Shown: positions 26,151-41,891, numbered from the stretch's first letter. The stretch is DNA of 64,000 nucleotides from Octopus vulgaris (GCA_951406725.2 OX597817.1:107446001-107510000); one strand, 5' to 3'. Made by a program: numbers and translations. The notes: generated by a model not told the origin, from the letters alone.

Positions 26151-26854
26151 TGTTCTACTTCTAACAGAAATTTGCTTTGGTTAGATAGATATAAAAGAAT
26201 CTAAATGCAATAATTTGAAAATCTAGAATTACTTTTTGCGAATACCATACTCTAACATTGACAAGGTTTTATTTACATTTATTAGTAATACGTTTCCCTC
26301 CACTGACTGCGAGTTATAATAGCCGAGTCTCCTACTTTTTCTTTGGAAGCGATAGATAATTCCTCAGAATTACTAATATCCATATCGGATTTATTAATAA
26401 AATTTGACTTACTCTGCTATAAAAGCTTTCAGCAACCTGTGCCTGTTCAGTTGCAAAGCATTCCAATAATGTTCGTATCATGAGACAGGGATAAACCCGT
26501 GAGTGAAATTGAAAAAAAAAAACATCCGTTTACCTCGGTGTGATTAAAACGAGAGGGAAATGGATCAAATATCTTGCTACATGGATGTGTATGCTTCCTT
26601 CCCGTTGGCTGAGTTAACAGGAGATTCCTTAAGGTACACTGCTTTGACTAATGAGAACTTGTATTAATCACAACTTTTATTGGTCTCAGACTCTAAACGC
26701 ATGCTAGCGCTATATATTCTATGAAATATTTTAAAATTAAAAATATGTATTTTTATAAAATTGAGTCGCGAGCCGTATGTTAAGCACCTCGATCCTCTCT
26801 CTCCTTTCATCTCCTATATATATATATATATATGTGTGTGTGCGTGTACGTGTG

Positions 26855-26907
<53 letters not shown>

Positions 26908-27259
26908 ATAAATTTCAGCTGACCTCCATTTGGCATTACAGACCTTGTACAAGAGGACGGATGCATGCCAGCTTTAAGATTCAGTGGCAGGCTTCATTAG
27001 GTAGGGCAAAAGAGAAGCAGCCACTAGTTCACTTTTCCCTCTACCTAATAAAGAACCAAATTTCAGCACACGGACAAGTCCAGGTGCCTTGGCTTGTGCT
27101 ATATGAAAGCACGTATGATCCTAACCTGGGTCTGAACAACAATAACAAGAACAGCAACAGTAATACCAGTGATTGTAGTTGGGCTTGACATTAGCTAACA
27201 ATTTTTCCGGTTTTACCGTCTGTGAAGCTCAGCTTACCTCAACGTAAAAAGACAGTGGT

Positions 27260-27560
27260 TCATTACATAAAACACACGTACAGCTCGGCAGATATTAGCA
27301 CTCATCAGCAATAATTTGCTGAATTTAATAAAAAAGAAAAGCCCTTCTTCTTTAGATTCAAAGTTCTGGACGGTGTCCTTGACTGTAGAGGCACAATCAT
27401 GTCAAAACACTGATGTTTTAGGGTCCGCTGATGTTACTGAATCATATCTGTTGTCAACACATATAGTTTAAAGGGAGAAGTTGTTCTCCGAAGACGAAAT
27501 CCAACAGCAAATAACATATTCATCTTCAATATATAATTCTGTTACAATTGAGCACTTACA
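27260..27560 (+). pseudogene. hAT transposase C-terminal remnant (paralogue of 16140-16440)
   Basis: Nucleotide homology to 16140-16440 and a REKLFSE motif. Confidence 0.4.
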
Positions 27561-27735
27561 GTACAATATGTGCTATTATAAACCCAGTCTTAATGAGTTG
27601 GATCAAGTTGTTTAGTTGACACCAGGTGGATGGTTTAGTGTTTGACGGAGCCTGCCTCATACCTGAACTTAGAACAAGCCTCTTTATGAGTGATGTCCTA
27701 GCTACGGAGCTGCTGTAACAGCACGGTAGACATAT

Positions 27736-27951
27736 TCTTACTATTTTGGGCACAAGGCCGGTAATTTGAGGGGAGGGGAGAAGTCGATTATATCGACCCC
27801 AGTACTTAGCTGGAACTTTTTTTATCGAGCCCTAAAGGATGAAAGGTAAAGTCAACCTTATCGGAATTTGAACTCAGAATGGAATAAGTCGAAAGAAATA
27901 ACGCAAAGCATTTTTTCCAACGCTCAAACACGTCAACCAGCTCACTGCCTT
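27736..27951 (-). mobile_element. SINE family A with a degenerate TSD
   Basis: Family core, flanked by AGCA(C/T)GGTAGA(C/A)ATAT at about 27720 and about 27952. Confidence 0.75.
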
Positions 27952-28927
27952 AGCATGGTAGAAATATAGGTTTCATTCAGCACATCACTGAACAGATCGA
28001 AACTGAAACAAAACAAAGGTAGATTCAGTTTTAAACTAAACAAGATCGAACTAAACTAATCTAACCTAAGCTAACTGACCTGTTTTGATATTTCAAAACA
28101 TTCAGTTTAATTACGAACTTGATTCTGAAAATGAATTATAGTGCAGTCATTTCCCTGGCAGGGATGAGGGAGTAACGATTTTAAAAGGGAACAGATAAAC
28201 TGCTGTGTTTAATAAAATTAAATTATTTCTATAATCATAATTCTGAGGAACCAGGGGGCTACGTAAAGAAGATTTACAAGGATGCAAACTCTGTTTTGTC
28301 TTCTTATAAAAGAAAACAAAACTAAACAAACAGGCCAAAGTATTTGTTGGGAAAAGGGGCTGGTATTAGTCGGTTTGAGAGTCACTGAGTTAACCTCAGC
28401 TACACATCTTTATTTATGTCTTCGAGCATTCCTATTGTTTCCTTGTATTTCTGGAACAGTGCAAAACAAAGCACGAAAATGACGTAGAACTTTTATTTCT
28501 AGAACTTTTATTTGTTTGTACTAAAAACGCCTCTTTTGTAAAGCATGACGGTTAAACCCAGATCAAGGTGGTGAAAGACTGTGAGTCCACTTCGCAGCAT
28601 CATTGATATTAATTACCGGATCTAAATGTAGTTGATCAAGTAGATTAGATCACTGAGCATTAACTTTTGCTTTTGTAATGAACTCAATGTTGTACCGGCA
28701 TCAGATTATGAACCATCGATTTTACACTAGTATTCATATTGACTTAGTTTACCACAACAACTAAATAGTAGGCTTAAAGTAACGTGTCGAGCTATATGAA
28801 ATATTTAGTTTGTAGTCGCATGCCTCACGGTTAAAATCTTGCAAAGCTCCTTTTCTTATTTTCTTTCTGCATTCAATGAAACATCGTGCCTGGTTTTAAA
28901 TATCCAATACAGTTAACTTAATACTTC

Positions 28928-28943
28928 ATCGACGACGACGACG

Positions 28944-28995
<52 letters not shown>

Positions 28996-29013
28996 AAACA
29001 ACAACAACAACAA

Positions 29014-29019
<6 letters not shown>
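28928..29019. repeat. (GAC)n(AAC)n microsatellite
   Basis: Direct reading. Confidence 0.9.
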
Positions 29020-30210
<1,191 letters not shown>

Positions 30211-31210
30211 AGAAGAAGGAGGAGGAGAAAGGGGAGGATGAGGAAGAGTAAGAATAGGAGTTGGAGGAGGATAACTTATGCGTAGGGTAAAAGGGAGCTT
30301 TATTATAGAACTTAAGCCTAAGGTAAAAGAAAGTCACGTAATGGCTGAGTGGATAAAATGTTTTGGCGAGTCACTGCTGGACAGTTTATTCCACAAGCCG
30401 CGTTTTATCTAGCAGTTAGAATGTATGCCAAATCGAATAATGTTACCTGTGATACAATAGCAACTTGTTCAAGAGAAAATTCATTTTTGATCAATTTTAA
30501 CCATTTAAATGCGACTAGAAGCATTGTTTCTTTTTAAGAGTTTCCTTAGAGAGCAGTTACAAATATTTACATCCTTTTTTTACAACAGCATACCTGAAAA
30601 TATTTTCACCAGCATCACCGCCATCACCATTGCCAAGAAAAATTTTCTCTTCCTCCTACTCCACCTCTCCTAGTCTACCTCTTCCTAGTCCACTTCCTAT
30701 TCCGCCTTCTCTTATTCCACCTCCTCTACTCTTCCCCGTCCAAATCCATCTCTTGCTACTAAACTTCCTCCTCCTACTACACCTAGTCTTCATCCTCCTT
30801 CTCCTCCCCTTCTTCCTCATCGGCATCATCACCGTAATTGTCGCTACAAACACCACTATTATAATCACACCACTTTACAACTTTAAGGCCAACCTTCTCG
30901 ACACCATTTTGTTCTTGTCTGTTTGTCTTCAAGCAAATATTAAATATCAAGTGGAGAGAAGTTTTTTGTTTATTTAGTGGAGAAGATGTTATGAAAATGG
31001 CATCTTGAGAATTAGCTGTAATCGGAATAGGTTAGCTTCATTTCTAAGAATTAAAACTAGTGACATAACTCCAGCAATCGTCCTTCATGCTATTGTTTAG
31101 CCTCCAGCTCTGTCATGATAGAGCAAATCTATGATTAAAGGTATTCCAGCCGTGATCATCCTGTCATGTATGTGTGTAAGTATATGTGTATATGTATGCG
31201 TGTGTATACA

Positions 31211-31251
<41 letters not shown>

Positions 31252-31298
31252 ATGTATGTGTACATATATATATATATATGTATGTATATATAATGTAC

Positions 31299-31336
<38 letters not shown>

Positions 31337-31345
31337 TTTTTTTTT

Positions 31346-31387
<42 letters not shown>

Positions 31388-31389
<2 letters not shown>

Positions 31390-31990
31390 ACTCTCTAACT
31401 CTTTAACTCTTTAACCAGTTTCAGCTCGAAAGCTGCGGTCATGCTGGGGCACCATTGTTGGCTTTGCTACACCTTCATAATTTGAAACTCCCTCTGATAT
31501 GTGGCATTTGGTCAATGAGGGAGTTTGACGCTGCTACCCTCATCGGTGTTTCTTGCTGTGTGGTAGGCTCATCCGCAACCCTTGACAGGAGGAGATCCAG
31601 TTTTGTTTTGAAGACACCTACATCCACACCATGCGAGTCGCTCAGGCATTTTGAAAGGATACTGGACAGCTGTGGGCCCTTGAAACCCAAACTGTTGCAG
31701 TATCTGGTCCTGTACTTTGATGGCAATGTTGAAATCTTTGATACTATGCAGGGCGCCCAGTTCTGCTGTTTGTTTATCTTTCAATGCCAAAGTTTGGCAC
31801 AAATCCTTCCAGGATCTTCCTGGTGTATATCACCGCATATTTTTTCTGTTATCGTTCTAAGGAGTAGAATCTTAGCTTTTTAGCCTTTTCCAGATTCTGA
31901 CACGTTCCATCGAGACGATTTTCTTTGTGTAGCTTCACTGGATTGCTTCGAGTTCCGCCGTTAATTTTATACTGTGTGGTGACCATAGAT
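31388..31990 (-). mobile_element. CR1-like LINE 3' end with (AAGAGTTA)n tail
   Basis: YTRKILEGFVPNFG and NSLGFKGPQL..VFKTKLDLLLSRVADEP..RVAASNSL, plus a short tandem tail at 31388-31414. Confidence 0.8.
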
Positions 31991-33876
31991 GTAAGCTAGG
32001 TGGGAAAATCAGATCTAAATTTTAAAAGTAATTAAAAAATTCATTAACATTTCATAATCTTGCATGATTTTTGTATGTATGTATGTATGTATGTATGTAT
32101 GTATGTATGTATGTATGTATGTATGTATGTATGTATGTATGTATGTATGTATGTATGTATGCATGTATGTATGTGTGTATCTCTCTCTCTCTCTATCTCT
32201 CTCTATCTCTCTATCTATTTATCTGTATGTGTGTGTGTGTGTGTGTTTTCAAATATTTGCGCATGAATTTTAAAATGTTGGTATTCTCTCGTTGTTGATA
32301 CATCAAATTATAGCAAAATGTAGCTGAAATTTGCTCACCTCATAAAATTTTGGTTTTGTAACTTTCAACAAACAATATACGCAATGCAAAACACATGTTA
32401 ATCTTTATATAGTTTATAGACATTTGGATTTTGGTACTTTTTAAATGATTTTAAGAACGTAAATTATAAGATGTACACGGTTATAGTAACATCATATCAA
32501 GAAAATCATATCAAAGAAAGAGCATTTGTTTCCACTTTCATAATACGTTTTCAGTGAACAAAGATAAATTTTGAAGTTTTGATAGCGGAAAAGTTCTTAA
32601 TAACGTAGCAACAGTCTCTAAGGAATTTACTAACGAATTCAATTTTATACCATAACTGTACTCATTGATTATACTCTTATACCACATGTTTCTCTAAAGA
32701 ACGTCTGAAAGAAATGTAGCGAACAAATCATTAGAAATTCCTTGCATTGCTTTTTAATTGACTTGGTGTCTGACCATGTACCTTCAATTTTTTTTTTCTT
32801 AGAATAAAATATTTCAATTTTCTATAAATGGCGGTTTTTTATTTTTTTAAAAGTGTGTATATATATATAAAAAAAAAGAATACTTAAAAAGTGAATATAT
32901 AAAAATTCTCCGTTAATTATGCTACAGAAACAAAAATTCTTCCGCTTCAGCTACTCTGACAGTGAAGTTAAATAAATTAAAATTTTGAAATTAGCATCTT
33001 AAAAATAATACCGCTAGCTCGCTGTCTGAACAGTCAGAATTAAGTGGGTCTTTTACAGAAACTGAACATGCTCAAAATTTACTTCAAACACGCTTACATG
33101 CCTTGCATAAATGAAAAAAATAATTCAAAGAAAATAAAAGAGGCATATTATTAAAATTAGTTCTAAATAGGAGCGAGGTGCTAGATTATAAAAAATTGGA
33201 ACACGGTGCATGTATTTAAAAATAGAGCTAAATTTAAGAGCTAGAAGCACAAAATTTTCAAAACTGAAGTTCTGAACGTGAATGAAAAGCATGTTAACAG
33301 ATAACATAACTTCGCTGCGGAGTGACAGTGTCACAACATGAAAGTGGAAGAGGTAAATATAGTTATCGACAGTTACGTAAGCTAATTAAAATCCCTTGGA
33401 ATGGGGAATTTAGTGGTTAGAAGGTCAGCGCATTACATTTGGTTTGTTTTAAACATACAGTTAATGAGTAGGAAGAATGTTTCCGCCTTCAGAATATGTT
33501 TCGGAATCGGAAGACCGGTGGGGCAAAATGCACACATACGCAGACGCAGCACATACATACACAAACACACACACGTACACACACATACACACTATCACAC
33601 ACATATACGCGCACACGCACACACGCACGCACACATACACACACACACATAGAGCATGCATTTTAAAACTTGTTAACCGATTCCTACATTTCTTTGGGTA
33701 AATGTTCTAGCGAGGCATTGTCATCGGTATATTGCAGACGACATGAACACTATTGGTCAGTCTTTGTAATCGAAGACTAGAGAGATTGTAGACTCCACCA
33801 TCGAAGCAGTATAAAGATTTGAATAACACCTGCGTTTAAATCCATTTCTTAATTTATATATATATATATATATATA

Positions 33877-35160
33877 CAGACAGACTTGCAGGAAGTAAAT
33901 AGACACCTTTAATTTTCAAAATCTTTTATTTAATACGCAAAGCGAACAATTGAAATGTAACTGATAGGTAGGACTACATACTTTAGTATTTAGTTGACAT
34001 TCCCTTTGCAGTTTTTACTTCAGAAACTCTTTTTGGCATTGAACTGATGAGCTTTGTGATTGTCTCTTGTGGAATTTCTGCTCACTTTTCAAGCAACAAT
34101 CGAAACGATTCATCTTTAGATTTAGGTTTCTGTTGAGTTTTCCGTATCGCTCTATCTAGTATGCTCCAAAGATTTTCAATTGGGTTCATGTCAGGAGATT
34201 GGCCCGGCCAAGGAAGCTTTTTGATCACATTTTCAGTCAGCCATTGTTGATTCCTTTTCGCTGTGTGACATGGAGCCCCATCTTCCATGAATAAAAACAC
34301 AATTTTTTGTTATGTTATCGCGTGAATACACCGGAAGTAGTCCTTGCTTAAGTATTTCGATGTATTTTTCAGAGTTTATGGTCCAACACATTCGATCAGC
34401 TCAGAACGATCATTGCTGGTGACAGCCCCGCATACCATTACAGAGATACCGCCATGCTTCACAGTTAGTTGGGGTCGTTTCAAATTAAATTCTTCATTGG
34501 GAAGCCGCAAGACCCAAATACGTCCACTGTCTGAAAATAATGTAAATCTGAGTTCATCACAGAAAATCACTCTATCCCAAAATGAATTGGATTTTTCTGA
34601 CATCTCCTTAGCCCATTTCTTTCTTTTCGTGATATTAATTGGTTGAAGGAGAGGTTTTCTCCTAGCTGCACGTCCATAATACCCAAGCTTATGCAGATAT
34701 GTAACACACGTTCTTGGACTAACTTCTAGCTGTTTTGCAATGTCAGAAGCCTTCGAACGGTGTTCGTTTTCCATAATTCTCTTCAAACAACGAAGCTTCC
34801 TTTACGAGGACCCAGGTCGGCCGGGACGAAAATCTGCTGATTCTTTTCCTTGGCTTTTGAATTGCACTATAATTCTATTAAGAGTAGCAAGAGGAATTTG
34901 AAGATTTTCGGTAATTTTTCGCTGGCTAAGACCAACCTCAAATTGCCCAACAATACGACCTCTTTGAAAATCTGACAGTTCTGCTGAATTTTTTTTGTGT
35001 GTGGCATGGTTACTCTTCGTAAATGTTTAATATAATGGCACCTGGAATGAAAAAGAATAATTACATTGTAAATTCTACACCGCTGGAAACATATTAATAC
35101 ACTTAGATCAGAAATTTTGAAAATTAAAGGTGTCTATTTACTTCCTCTATGTGTGTGTGT
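33877..35160 (-). mobile_element. Tc1-family DNA transposon, about 1.28 kb, inserted in (TA)n
   Basis: A perfect 33-bp inverted repeat AGGAAGTAAATAGACACCTTTAATTTTCAAAAT at 33890-33922 / 35114-35146 encloses a transposase. TA flanks both ends. Confidence 0.92.
33983..35007 (-). pseudogene. Tc1 DD34E transposase, frameshifted with premature stops
   Basis: [56 protein letters not shown] (34 residues between D and E) and SMPKRV..KG.STKY*. Confidence 0.92.
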
Positions 35161-35296
<136 letters not shown>

Positions 35297-35412
35297 TTTA
35301 TTTAAAGCAGCAGAAAATTCAACAAATGCTGCTTTAAATAAAGCATATTACTCTACCACTGGTATTTGAGTACTCTTTTTTCCACCTTGTTTCACATTTA
35401 TGTGTTTACTCC

Positions 35413-35465
<53 letters not shown>

Positions 35466-35468
<3 letters not shown>

Positions 35469-35660
35469 ATTCGCCAACATAAGGTGGTTATGCTGAAAGG
35501 AGCGATGTTACTGTTGTTTTAGCCCCAAGAAACATCGTTTCTAGCTGCCTATACGACACACTATCTATGTCCTTATGCTTTCGAACAGGGAACCCAGCAC
35601 TGCCACTCAGCACAAAGCAACATCTGTTTCTCTTTGATAGATTTAGAAATAATAATATTT
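35466..35660. mobile_element. Fragment of the same pseudo-LTR-like family as 57518-58021
   Basis: Shares CCAACATAA.GTGG..GTTACTGTTGTTTTAGCCCCA.GAAA.CATC..TTC.AGCTG with 57534-57610. Flanked by (TA)n. Confidence 0.6.
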
Positions 35661-35697
35661 CTAATATATATATATATATATATACATATATATTACT

Positions 35698-35740
<43 letters not shown>

Positions 35741-35741
35741 C

Positions 35742-35800
<59 letters not shown>

Positions 35801-36259
35801 GGGATTATCAATCCGCAGAAAATACTTCAAAAGCTCTCCGTTGGCACATGAAGCTAATAATATTACTTGGATTAATGAAGAACTGCAGGTGCTCTTTTGG
35901 TAAGGTCCCAGGTTACGTCTCATCACAATTCTATATTGTAAATCTGTAAATCCGTGAATGGGTTACAGACAAACTGATTTTTACACAGAGTGAGATATAA
36001 AAGGAATAGTATATACTGACCATTATTTTTAACCTTTTTTTCTTGTATGTATATATATATATATATATACACCCACCCACACACACAAATGAAAGTCGAT
36101 TTAAGTTAAAGGCTAACTGAACCTTGAATTTGACTTTAGGAATGTGGGATTTAGTAAACAGAACAGTCCCAACAAGAATGCTGAAACGCCGGACGCTATA
36201 TTTTTGCTTGCAGGCAAAAATCTTGCTACATTTATCCTTTCCATTCCCTTCTATATCTC

Positions 36260-36346
<87 letters not shown>

Positions 36347-36481
36347 ATCGCTTCCCCTGTCTGCGTCTTTCTCTATCTCTTCCTCTCCGATACACACAGG
36401 CTTTTCCCACTCTATCATTCATAAACGCACATGATTTCACAATGTGCAAATACCGCACATGTAAACAATTTCTTGTACACA

Positions 36482-36535
<54 letters not shown>

Positions 36536-37469
36536 CGCACGCACGGATAATTGCATGCGCCAATACACTATAAAATCATTCGTACAAATACAGTATCTTC
36601 ATGTGCGAAGCTCAACTCCCCTCCTCTGTCTATCACTCTATCTCACGCGCACGCGTATGCTCTCTCTCTCTCTATCTTTCTCTCTCCCTCTCTCTCTCTC
36701 TCTCTCCCTCTCTTTCAAGCACACGCATACAAACATATTAACATATGCTCTCAGTAGCATCTCTGAAATAGATACACACTTAGACACACGTGTTTACACA
36801 CGTGCTTACAGATGCACGCTTCCGCACATTCACTAGCTATCCGCACACACATACGCACACACGCCACATATCCCTTTCGCTCATAAGCTAAGACACATGT
36901 GCGTGCTCGTGCATACAGCTAACTATTTCTCTCAATTTCACTCTCTGAGATATTCCAATTAAGATTGCAAATTTTTCATCCCTTGTATTGAAATCTACAA
37001 AATTTTTGTTAATTTTTTTCTTTCTTCTTTCTTTCTTTGTTTTTTTTTTTTGTCATGTTAGGTTAAGAATCCATCGTCATGTTTTATATTCTTTTTCTCT
37101 ATCAAATCTCTGGATATTTACAAAACAGTGTTTGTTTGTCTTTGATGTTCAGTTCTGGCGTTTAATTTCGATTAATTACTCACCTTGGGAGTTTTGTTCA
37201 GTTGAATTTTACTATTTGACAAGAACATAAGAAAACTGAAACTGCGTAAAAAAAAGGGGGGGGGGGCGGAGAGAAAGAAAGATAGAAAGAAAGAAAAGAA
37301 GAGCTTGTGTTATTATTGACCGATCAGATCTATGGACAATGGTGTTCCAATCGTGACTGTCTTACCATTTCTTAAGTATGGATTTTGACATCTGTCTTTA
37401 CTTTCCCGTTGACCGTATGGAAAGAAACTCTTCAATTGCTGCTATTATCACCATTATTAAAGCTATAAT

Positions 37470-38205
37470 AATTGTTTCAATTTTTGCCACAAGACTAGAA
37501 ATTTTAGGGTGGGGGTAAGGTGTTTGCATCGACACTAATGTTCAGTTAGTACTTATTTTATCTCACTAAAAAAAAAGATGAAAGGTTAAATCGACGTCAG
37601 CGGAATTTGAATTCTGAATGTGAAGAGTTAGAAGAAACACCATTAGGCATTTTGCTTGACACGCTAAAGATTCCACCAGCTCCTATAATAATCCATTCTA
37701 CTAAAGACACAAAGCCTGAAATTTTTGAGGAAGGGAACTAGTCGATGGCATCGACTCCAGTATCTCACTGGAACTTAATTTATCGAACCCGAAAGGATGA
37801 AAGGCCGAATTTGAACCCGGACGAAAATCAACCAAGCATTTCGTCCAGCGTGCTAACGATTCTGTTAGCTTGCCGCCTTAGTCAGCTCCTATAATAACTT
37901 CTTATATTGGCTCAAGAAGACAATTTTCATAAGAAAGTCAGCTGAAAAGGTTTTGTTAAATGACTTGTTCTCAGACCTTAATTCTGGGAGTGGATCCTGA
38001 TTTCCAAACAGATATGATAAAGACTGGGAGGAAATATTGATTTCAAATGTTGGCATAAGGCTAGCAATTTCGAGTGAGTGGGTAAGTGGATTACATGGAC
38101 CCCAGTGCTCAGTTGGTACTTGCTTTAATCGACACCGAAAGGATGAAAGTTAAAGTCAGCCTCGGCGAAATTTGAGCGTAAAGCGGAGCAAAACGCTGCT
38201 AAGCA
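37470..38205 (-). mobile_element. Cluster of three SINE family A copies
   Basis: GATGAAAGG/GGATGAAAG cores at about 37577, 37790 and 38137, with typical 3' ends. Confidence 0.75.
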
Positions 38206-39879
38206 CTGAGAGGAAATTCAAAAGGGCAAAGCTTGCTGGATGCCTGTGGAGCCCTCATTCCAGATCCGCAAGTTTCCTCTAATATATTCATGGATCAACC
38301 TAAGATTTGCGATTGGATTCGGGTAGACGGAACTGTACATAAGCCAATCGAATACCCTGTACCTCTTTGGACGAGGTAGATTTAACCCAGTATCAGTTTT
38401 TGTATCATAATCGGGGACCAAGAATCTTTTTGCAGAACCCATTCTGATGAAATCCTTCCAACCACATTTCCGAGTTACATATAAATTCATCCCTTATTTC
38501 ACTGGTCTTGGAGACCTAAAAATCCGGGTCACTCACAATCCTCTTATGACTAAGCCCTCAGCAAATGGCTGCTATTTATTTTATCAATATCTTGTGTAGG
38601 ATTTGTAACTTAATAGTTTCCGGTGGAAAAGGTATGATAGGCAGAAACAGCCGACGGCATGCCTCTCATACTTTTAGCCATCTATTCGTTGTTTGTTACT
38701 TAATTTTGCTTCTGCAACAAAATAATCTTCAAATGAGATAAAATATATTAACTGTGTTCCGTACTCTATCTTAAGAAACAGATATTTCGCAGAATATAAT
38801 GTTCATTAAGACTACACAAAAATTATATTTCATAAAATAAACAAAACAATAGATCTCTGATAGTAATACTTCTTTATAGACAATACTATCAGCTAATTTC
38901 ATATGAGGGTTATTATGTACAGGTTATTGCCTCTATCAAACATCAAACAGTTCACATATTGTTAACTACGAGAGGAAAAGTGCATCTTAATTTTCAAAAC
39001 CGCGTCTTTAAAAGAATGATCTTAGCAGAATGGTTAGCTTCTTTTGTTCACTGGAAGCTTGTGATAAACTCATTTTCGGGTCCTTGTTTTGAAATTCTTA
39101 TAGTTCTTATTCTTGTGGGTGACACACAGAATATTTGTCACGCGGATCTTTACTGCTACTGTTGTTGTTGCATGTAACACTCGTCTTCAGTTTTTACAGT
39201 TTACAAAGAATGAAAACTAATATATACTTTATGAGACGTTTTAAAACGTACAGATATAGTGATAAAACTGAAGAAACTCTGTCAAGAATTATATAGTTAT
39301 GGAACTATAGAAGTTCAAGAAAAATAAAAACAAAAAAAAAACGTGTAGAAAGCAAAAACTATGAAAATGAATTTACGTGCGATTGGGTTAGAGAACAAAT
39401 TTTTGAAAAATGTAATACAAAACAACAGAGGAGAAGTGGCAAAAAAATTTATAAATGTGTCAAAATTTGACAAACTGAAGCAGATTGATATTTCGGAAAT
39501 TTGTAATAATATAATTAAGGTAAATGGAAGACTATTTAAACACTACTCAGCGTTAGAAAGCAAAGTTAGCACAGCAAAAGTAAGAGTTAAGGACAAATAC
39601 AATGCAGTTATCACATAAATTTTGAACAAGATTTTTTTGTGTAGTTTTTGAGGATTAAATATTTGAAAAATAATATTACAGTATTAAAAGTAAACAACAA
39701 AAGTAATAGAAAACTGCATTTAAAAAGAAACAATTAATACTGTAAAAGAATTAAGTGTTCTCAAGCAATTCAGTCGAAGTACCACAATTCATCGAGAATA
39801 TTTTTAATTCTATCAAGAAATTTTACTTACGCGCGAGTGCACGCAAGACACAGGCACACACGCACACATTATTTCCTTT

Positions 39880-40100
39880 GTGTGTTCTGGCCCAAAGGCT
39901 GTGGTCATGCTGGGGCATTGCCATTTTCATCATCTTTTCAATAGCCATTCTGGTGTGGTTGGCTTTTGATGAATGAGTGAATTTGATATGGCTGCCCTCA
40001 TTTGAGCTTCTTACTGTGATATAAGTTAATCTGGAATATCGAACAGCAAACATTGAAAGTGCTTCTTTGAAACCATCTATTCACCCTCCGTGTACTTACT
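39880..40100 (-). mobile_element. Older CR1-like LINE 3' end
   Basis: Same tail as 31417-31453 (GCTGTGGTCATGCTGGGGCA) and a QMRAAISNSLIHQ motif. Confidence 0.6.
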
Positions 40101-40144
40101 TCAGGTTTTTCGGCAAAATATATTATTGAACACACACACATACA

Positions 40145-40391
40145 CATTCTTTTATTCTTTTAATTGTTTCAGTCATTTGACTGCGGCCATGCTGGAGCAC
40201 CGCCTTTAGTCGAACAAATCGCCCCCAGCACTTATTCTTTGTAAGCCTAGTACTTATTCTATAGGTCTCTTTTGTCGAATCGCTAGGTTACGGGGACATA
40301 AACACACCAACATCGGTTGTCAAGCGATGGTGGGGGAGAAGCACAAACACAAACAGATACATATACATAATACATACATATATATACATAC

Positions 40392-40427
<36 letters not shown>

Positions 40428-40587
40428 GCGACGGGCTTCTTTCAGTTTCCGTTTACTAAATCCACTCACAAGGCTTTGGTCGGCCCGAGCCTATAGTAGA
40501 AGAAACTTGCCCAAGGTACCACTCAGTAGGACTGAACCAGGAAATATGTGGTTGGCAAACAAGCTTCTTACCACAAAGCCACACCTT
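40145..40587 (-). mobile_element. tRNA-derived SINE family B (full length, internal microsatellite)
   Basis: Head TGGCTTTGTGGTAAGAAGCTTG..GGTTCAGTCC, body CCTTGTGAGTGGATTT.GTA.ACGGAAACTGAAAGAAGCCCGTCG and tail GCATGGCCGCAGTCAAATGACTGAAAC(AATAAAAG)n. Confidence 0.9.
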
Positions 40588-41399
40588 ACATACATACACA
40601 CATACATACATACATGCATACATACATACATACATACACACATACATACATACATACATACATACATACATACATACATACATACATACATACATACATA
40701 CATACGCGTACATATATGTGTGTGTATGTGTGTGTGTGTAATACATCCTATTGTTTGGTTGTTGTTTAGTTCGTTATTTCTTTGACAAAAAACAAGTATA
40801 AAACCAGAGTAACTTATCTGGTCATGCAGGTCAATTTACAATATCTAATACGCTAACCATTAAAATGTTAAAGTGCTACATAGTGGTAATTATGTGGCGA
40901 GGAAAAGACAATATTAGTCAATCACTAATATTGTTTTAATTATTCCAGTAAGTATTAGATTATCACTTTCCCTCATTTATATATTCTCTGCAAGGTCGAT
41001 ACAGTTCTAGTTCGAGCAAAACGTTTTAAGAGTGAAAGTGAAAGCAGAGATATGGAGGCAATTGGGACGAACTCCAAATATGAAAGGGAAGCAATGTAAA
41101 GAGTCAAGAATTTTATTCACCATTGGCATGCCATCAAAGAAATGACTATCGAATTATCTCAAGATAAGAGGTCAACTGTGGACATCTCAATCGTCACCAT
41201 CAGTTGTGCAACCGTGTCAAACACACACATACATAACGTACGTAGTTACACGCATGCGCACACACACATACATAACGTACGTAGTTACACGCATGCGCAC
41301 ACACACATATATCTGTATGCATGTAAATATACATATGTGTATGTGTATATGTGTATGTATGTATGTAACTATATGTATGTGTGTGTCTGTCTGTATGTG

Positions 41400-41600
41400 C
41401 CGCCGCCAGTGCTTGACAACCGATCTTGGTGTGGTTATGTCCCCGTAACGTAGCGGTTCGGCAATACAGGCTGAGGGAATAAGTATTAGGCTTACAAAGA
41501 ATTGGTCCTGTGGTCGATTTCTTCGACTAAAGCCCTTTAAGGCGTTGCTTCAGCATGACCGCTGTCAAATGACTGAAACAAGTAAAACAATGAAAGAATT
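41400..41600 (+). mobile_element. SINE family B, 3' half
   Basis: GCTTGACAACCGAT..GTAACGTAGCGGTTCGGC..CAGCATGACCGCTGTCAAATGACTGAAACAAGTAAAA. Confidence 0.8.
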
Positions 41601-41629
41601 ATATATATGCTGATTACATCCATTGCCTG

Positions 41630-41707
<78 letters not shown>

Positions 41708-41855
41708 CAGTTTATTCTCTATAGTAAAGACTTGCCCAAGTTTCTACCCTGTGAGACTGAAATCGGAATCATATGGCTGGGAAGTAAACTTCTTGCCAAG
41801 CCACGCATAGCCACTAAACCTTTTTAATTTTCTCTCCCCGTTTATTTCTGTATTC

Positions 41856-41891
41856 CTTTCTGTCGAAGAGCGTAGGCTCGAAACGTAAAAG
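41856..41891 (+). ncRNA. Minimal hammerhead-like motif with a CUGUCGA variant core, in a pseudo-LTR-like repeat (41808-41985)
   Basis: CTTT-CTGTCGA-A-GAGC-gtag-GCTC-GAAA-CG-TA-AAAG: stems I and II pair perfectly; core position A6 is U. Confidence 0.55.

Noticed and set aside
38218-38490. 90-aa non-repetitive ORF
   Set aside because: No recognisable domain or splice context; probably a decayed LINE fragment, and not supportable.
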